Source: Chiloscyllium plagiosum
Lineage: Eukaryota
Reading direction: 5' to 3'
Length of the DNA stretch: 43,333 nucleotides
Assembly (NCBI RefSeq): GCF_004010195.1
Contig: NC_057718.1
Location: 68,784,746 to 68,828,078, forward strand
Shown here piece by piece: positions 37,270 to 43,333 of the stretch; the stretch's first letter is position 1, and every line of letters starts with the position of its first letter. Below the pieces are notes generated by a model. That model saw nothing but the letters and a program-made list of their open reading frames with translations, was not told the DNA's origin and searched no databases. The position numbers were made by a program, and so were the translations under genes.

Positions 37270-37830
37270 ACTGTGACCTCTGTTCATTTGAATTGATTGG
37301 ACAGAGTAGATGTGGAGAGAATGTTTCGCTTCTGTGTTTCTTTGCTGGCTGCCGACTCCAATGAAGTAGCGATTTTGACAGCTGGCTTGAAAGCCAGGTC
37401 TCTTTGTTAGTAGCTATCATTGGTTTCAAGTTGGAGGCCACAAACCAACTGGTCCTGCAAGACATCCTGGAGGAATGCTGTGAAATTACAATGTTCTGCT
37501 AACCTCTTTAAGGTGGCTATGAATTGGGCAATGGGCTGTCCTTTCTGTTGTACCCGTTCGTAAAAACAGAAAGGGTCCATGATAATCAGTGACTTTGGTA
37601 CAAAATGACTTTCCAACACTTCACATAGTTCTTTAGAGGTCTTCTCCACTGGTTTCTGATTTCATCAGATGCCTTGACCTTGCAACAGTCTGACTTTCAC
37701 TAGTGTTCAAAAAAATTAATATCATTAAGTCTTCAAGAACTCTGTTTGCCTTCAAGTTTGCATTAAAACATTCATTGTACAGAGTACAACTTTTCATTAA
37801 AAATTCCATCACTCTAAATTGACATGCCAT
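37270..37830 (-). mobile_element. Mag-type Gypsy gag remnant
   Basis: LESHFVPK..FYERVQQKGQPIAQFIATLKRLAEHCNF..LQDQLVCGL. Confidence 0.75.
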
Positions 37831-38975
37831 TTTGCTTTCCTGTCACTCAAGTCTAGGTAGCTGCTTGCAGCCCAAGTCCTTTTGGCGATAACCACTTCAG
37901 TAAACTCTTGGGTGGATACTCCCTTTTCAGTTATTAGCTGCATGGCGAGTCACCCCACATGATCTGAAGTTTTTAAAAACCCCTGCTGTGTAGACTTTAA
38001 ATAATAGTTAATAGCTGACACTGAGAATTTTTAAAATGCCAAACTGTTTGTTTTGATTGACAGGCTACCTGCACATCAGAGAAAAGCATGCCCAAAAGAA
38101 TCTCTTGATGATGTTTGCCCAAGGATTATTAACAGACCATTATGAATGCTTGACTGAGTTTCAAAAGTTAAACTTAACCTGTAGGGGTTTCTGAATTCAC
38201 TGATTAATATATAAGAGATAATTCAATGATTAGCTGTCTCTTGTATTGAGTCTGTTTAAAAGTTTACTTTTATGAGAGATTAAAAGCCTGCACTGGGTAA
38301 ATGGAAATATTCACGAGTGAGTAATGCACTAGATTTTCAAAGTTTTTTGCTCCATCTTTGTGGCTGCTGAAGTCTGCCCATGATGCCTCGTGAGTGAATT
38401 GACATGGAGGCTGTTTGGACAAAGGGTGGTGCGGGTATTACGTTGATATAGGTCCAACATGGGACTATGCTGGCAGGTATGGTTTAACAATTTTGATGAA
38501 AGGTCAGCAACCTAAAACATTGACTATGTTTCCCTACATAGATGCTGCTTGACCTGTTGGTATTTTTTCCTCTGCATCTCTTTGTTCTTATTTCAGATTT
38601 CCAGCATCTGTAGTGTTTTGCTTGAAAAGTAGGTGAGTTAGTGATAAAGTGTCACAAATGTGGTTCAGAGGCAATAAAATTTTGAGAAAACTACATTTTG
38701 TGAACCAAGGTGTGTATTTTAACCAGCTGACCTTGCACTGAACAGCCTCAGGGGCTACCTTTTAATCTGCATCTGGAGACAGTGAACCTGATTCCAAACA
38801 GAACCTGCTGTCTGTGAAAATCAGGTTTAACTGGAGTTTTACTCTTGAAGTAGATTCAGTGAGAAGAGAAACTTCTAATTTTGTGCTATCGACGTGGAAG
38901 CAAAAATCTGGCCCATCTTTCCTAAAGGTTTGTTCAGACTGAGGTTAAACAGACAGACCTGTAGTTGCTGGGTTT

Positions 38976-39216
38976 ATCCATGCACCTTTTTTTAGTAAGA
39001 GTGTAAAACCTGCCAGTTACAAGTCCTTTGTATACGAGAAGGATTTAAAGATTGCTTATGCAACTTCCTCCCTTTTATTTCCTCTGTTCTTAGTGATCCA
39101 TGCACCTTTTTTTGGTAAGAGTGTAAAACCTGCCAGTTACAAGTCCTTTGTATACGAGAAGGATTTTAAAGATTGCTTATGCAACTTCCTCCCTTTTATT
39201 TCCTCTGTTCTTAGTG
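38976..39216. repeat. 120-bp tandem duplication
   Basis: 38976-39095 vs 39096-39216 differ by one substitution and one inserted T. Confidence 0.95.
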
Positions 39217-40281
39217 ATGTTCATCTTGGTGATGTTGTTAGTCCATCTAGTATGTCAACTACTTCCTTGTTCATTTTGACTTATCAATCTTTCTTGGTGA
39301 AGACCAAGCAAAATACTCATTAGTCCCTGATTATCCCTACTGACCTCTTACTATTGTAAGACTATTTAAATCTTATTGAAGGCTTTTGGATTATCTTTTA
39401 CAATCAGTTACTAGGCTCTGATTTCCTTTATTCCCTTGAACCACTTGAATCATCAAAGTGAAAATTTTCATATACTTCCTTTTTCTGCTTACTCTGTATC
39501 TCTTTGCTTATACAGGGAAGTCAGTAACATTGGAACAACATGCCAAGATCCTTGGCTTATGCAGTTTTAGCGAGCATTGAATCTCAATACCATAGCATCA
39601 GTTAGATTCATGATTAACAGCTGATTACCAGCATTGTGTTTCAGGAGCATAGGAACAGAAGTGGCCATGCAGCCTATTGAGCCTGCCTACCATTTAACAG
39701 GATCATGACTGATCAAACACTTCACTGCCTTTACCAACCCCATACATAAAACCTTGCATGTTATTGGTAGTCAGAGTACTTATCAATCTCTACCTTAAAC
39801 ATAGTCAACGACTGAGGTTCCACAGCATTTTTTTTGACAGATAATTCTAGAAGTTATTTCACAGTAATCAATGATAGGTCAATGAACATGAAATGTGAAT
39901 GACTTTTTAAAAGATTAAGTACCACTGCAAGCTCCTTGAAAGGCTGATGTCAACACATCATCGAGAATGGAGCCAGATCTCTCAAGCTGGGAAAATTCCA
40001 AAATCAATACATGAATCATTAGGGCAGTCATAGTGGTAGTAAGTTTGGTGATATTAGAATCAACTAATTTAGGAGAGAGTTTAGTTATTTTTGTCTTTTC
40101 AATATTATCCATTGGTTGCATGTGGGTTGAATATAAAATTGGGTTCAGCTGTGATATTTAGCACTGGAGGTCATGGTTGGGGTATTGATGGGAAGAGGAA
40201 GGGCAGAAGAAGACCATATCATACTTCTCTTCAAAACCAAAATAATCCGATAAATGGAAACGTTTATTTCGATTAGCTATA

Positions 40282-41031
40282 TGTGAAAGTACCTACTCCA
40301 CGTGGCTCAGGGAATCCCTAATGGACTCGACTTGTAAGCTTCTCTTGCTTCGTCCTGGAGATGGTACTCTTTGGTAGGCTGGAATATAAAACTCTTACAG
40401 TTTAATGTAAACTATAACCTTTATTTACCAATGGCATCAATGTTACACTATAACATAGAAAACTACAAGCCAGGCTTGAGCTAAAGTTTTATACCATTAG
40501 CATAGTAGCGATGCCAGCTCTTACCCTAAGAGCTCTCTCAGGCGACTCCCCTTATTGCTGCAAACAAGCTGTCTTTATACAGAAATTGGTACTGAGATTT
40601 CAAAAAGTGCCACATGTCCTTAATCAGATAAGCAGTATTAAAATGGCAAAAGTTTGTAGAGGAAGAGAAACTAATTGACAGGTCTGAGTATACTTGACTA
40701 ATTAAGCTACATGCACAAAAGTGGGAAATCCTGATCAAGCCAGGCTAAATGGCCAATTGCCTTGGCTAGATAAGCCTCCATTTTATCATACATCATAATG
40801 ATGGACTAGTCTAAATTATATGGAAAAGGTCATGAGGTAACCTTGCTCAGCTAACATTCCCAATACCATTGTCCTACAACATGGCTTTTTTTTTAAAAAA
40901 ATCATCTCCCAAAATGCAAACAAGGTTCATAACCTTCTGGGATCTCAAACTCCAGGGAACAACACAAATTCAATCCATGACAAGCAAGTGTACATTCAAA
41001 TCCGACCACAAAGAGTTAACCTTCTCTCACT
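40282..41031 (-). mobile_element. Solo LTR of the same ERV family as 22477-23206
   Basis: Collinear similarity over ~750 bp (e.g. GGCTCAGGGAATCCC, CAAACAAGCTGTCTTTATACAGAAATTGGTACTGAGATT). Confidence 0.9.
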
Positions 41032-41564
41032 CTTTCTTTCAATCTCTCTGTCTCAAAGAATTCAAAGACCTGGTTGATGTAGATTTTTAACACTCTGGAA
41101 TTCCCTCCACCTTAATACATCTTTTTGAGATGGAGATTTAAAACAAATCTGGGAATTACTGATTGGTTACTGAACTTGATAAGAAAGATCCTAGAATTTT
41201 AATGCAAATGATGAGAGCAACTCAAGTCCAAAAGTGTAATGAAAACAGAAAGGCTGTTTCATACTTGGCAAAAACTGATAATATTCGTTTTAGAGGTAAC
41301 AAAATGTGTAGAAAACAATATTGTGAAAAATTTGACTTACAAACTATGTTTTTTTTTTCTGTTGGTCTTTCTTAAAGTTCCTTCCTAAATGCATTTTATA
41401 TGAAATCTTTGCTTCCTTTGGTATTGAGGGGTGCAGGCTTTAAGACAAAGTGTTGGGTAAACCTCTTCCCATTTACTTACAAATACTGATGCAATGACAT
41501 CAACCAAATTGAAACGTTTGTGCATGCTGGGATTGTGATGAAAATTATGTTTACTGCTCATAGA

Positions 41565-42000
41565 CTTGTTGAGCCATACAGCATAGAAACATTCCCTTCA
41601 CTCCACTATATTTATGCTGACCTACAAATACCACACTACATGAATCCCATTCATCTGCACTTGGTTCATAGCCTTGTGTTTTAAGTGCTTATGCAGCTGC
41701 TTCTTAAGTGTTGCAAGAGTACCTGCCTCCACCACCCCCTCAGGCAGCACATTGCATATTTCTACCACTTCCTGGATGAAAAACCGTTTCCTCCGATCCT
41801 GTCTAAACCGCCTACTCCTCAACTTAAACTTATGCCCTCTGGTCTTAGTCATTTCTGACATGGGGAAGGAATTTTCATGAACTATTATGTGCCTCTCATA
41901 ATTTTGTATACCTGACTCAGGTCCTCCCTCATCCTCCCCTGCTGCAAGGATAATAAATATAGCCGAGCCAGTCTCTCCTCATAAATGAGGCTGCTCCATC
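41565..42000 (-). mobile_element. CR1 3' fragment
   Basis: TRGHKFKLRSRRF..FFIQEVV..NVLPE. Confidence 0.7.
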
Positions 42001-42009
42001 GAGTGAATT

Positions 42010-42135
42010 GGACTTCACCTGACGAAGGAGCAACCCTCCAAAAGCCTGTGATTTCAAACAAACCTGGACTATAACCTGGTATTGTGTGACTTCTGACCTT
42101 GTTCACCCTAGTCCAAAACCAGCATCTCCACATCA
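42010..42135 (+). mobile_element. Penelope family-2 pLTR with degenerate hammerhead
   Basis: CACCTGACGAAGGAGCAACCCTCCAAAAGCCTGTG...GGACTATAACCTGGTATTGTGTG. Confidence 0.7.
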
Positions 42136-42569
42136 ATTCTACATAAACATTGTTTTTAAACTTGCTTGATGGGTACTTTATGTACCTATTAGGAAAGGGG
42201 ATTTTATTAAAAATCATGGACCACAGATTTAAAGTAAATGGCACAAGATGTAAAATTAATGAGAAAAAGTATGTGGCGAGGGTCTGGAATGTGCTGCCTG
42301 AGAGTCTGATGAAAGAAGGTTGAACTGAAGCACTCAAAAAGGATTTTGACTTTAATTGGAAAAGGAACATTACACAGGGTTACCAGGTGAAGGCAGGAAA
42401 CTGGCACTAATTTATAGAGCCAGTGCAGGTACAGTGAGCTGAGTAGCCTCTTTCTACAGTAGTAATTCTGTCCTTCATAAGTTTTCAATTGCATTCTTTT
42501 GAAATACCCACATCAACTTATCCATACACCAAAGATTTGTGTACACACTCCCTTAGGTCTGTGTTTCCA

Positions 42570-42761
42570 TGGAATCCCTACAGTGTGGAAACGGCCCTTC
42601 AGCCCAATAAATCCACACCGACCCTCCAAAGAGCATCCCACCCAGACCCTACCCTTTCACTGTGACCCTACACTTCCCCATGGCTAACGCACCTAACCTA
42701 CACATCACTGAACACTATGGGCAATTAAGCATGGCCAAACCACCCAAACTGCACATCTTTG
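42570..42761 (-). mobile_element. HE1 SINE 3' half
   Basis: CAGTGTGGAAACGGCCCTTCAGCCC...CTGCACATCTTTG. Confidence 0.75.
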
Positions 42762-43157
42762 TGTTGTCCTGTTCCCATCTCAGTCAAAGCAAAACACATA
42801 GAGACACAGTATAGTTTTACCTCTTTGTTCCAGGCCCTGCAGGGAGAGAGAACAATCACCCATGTACACAGGGACATGAGTTTGTGGTCTTCTCTTGAAC
42901 AATAGATTCTTAATGAATTGTATAGTCACTTACACGGAGCAGCATCCAAATAAGGCAACATCTATATTGATTGGGTGACCATTGCAATCAGCGAGTGTCA
43001 AATAGTGGAGATTAAGCCTTCTGGTGTTTCATGATGAATGTTCTTAACCCTGTTTAACTAACTTTGCATAATGAATGCTTTTTCACCTTGTTAACTGGCT
43101 TTACATAATGAATGTTTTTTTACCTGTTAACCCACTACCCTTGCCTCCAGCACCTCA
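42762..43157 (-). mobile_element. Solo-LTR-like repeat (family B), interrupted by a Penelope element
   Basis: Starts TGTTGTCC; homologous to the other two copies. Confidence 0.7.
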
Positions 43158-43159
43158 TA

Positions 43160-43333
43160 GAGGTAAAAACAATGACTGCAGATGCTGGAAACCAGATTCT
43201 GGATCAGTGGTGCTGGAAGAGCACAGCAATTCAGGCAGCATCTGAGGACAGGCAAAATCGACGTTTCGGGCAAAAGCCCTTCATCAGGAATAAAGGCAGA
43301 GAGCCTGAAGCGTGGAGAGATAAGCTAGAGGAG
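43160..43333 (-). mobile_element. Penelope family-1-related pLTR (runs off the window)
   Basis: Tail CTGCAGATGCTGG, GTGCTGGAAGAGCACAGC..GGCAGCATC and an intact hammerhead core. Confidence 0.75.
43256..43291 (-). ncRNA. Minimal type I hammerhead ribozyme motif
   Basis: AUUC-CUGAUGA-A-GGGC-UUUU-GCCC-GAAAC-GUC-GAUU: intact core, perfect stem II, palindromic ACGU stem III, weak stem I. Confidence 0.7.

Noticed and set aside
38060..38110. Possible SYNJ2 exon 2 after a CAG acceptor-like site
   Set aside because: No frame yields the expected EKE..K..Y..DAYG.LG motif.

Overview
Repeat-dominated vertebrate DNA, almost certainly from a shark or ray (HE1-type SINEs, shark-type CR1 LINEs). The only host gene I recognise is the first coding exon of synaptojanin-2 (SYNJ2, 15691-15814, +) in a CpG-richer promoter island. 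Everything downstream appears to be its intron 1. The rest is layered, decayed mobile DNA: CR1 LINEs, HE1 SINEs, several Penelope-like families carrying minimal hammerhead ribozyme motifs, a Mag-type Gypsy element, and a 14.4-kb Gmr1-type Gypsy element (integrase before RT) hosting several nested insertions. The standout is a class I (gamma/epsilon-like) endogenous retrovirus nested in the Gmr1 element. It has a tRNA-Ser PBS and has lost most of pol. Its env region carries two tandem EGF-like modules, one of calcium-binding type, between a signal-peptide-like segment and the CxxC/SU core, which suggests capture of a host domain into a retroviral envelope region. All calls were made by eye, and boundaries of decayed repeats are approximate.
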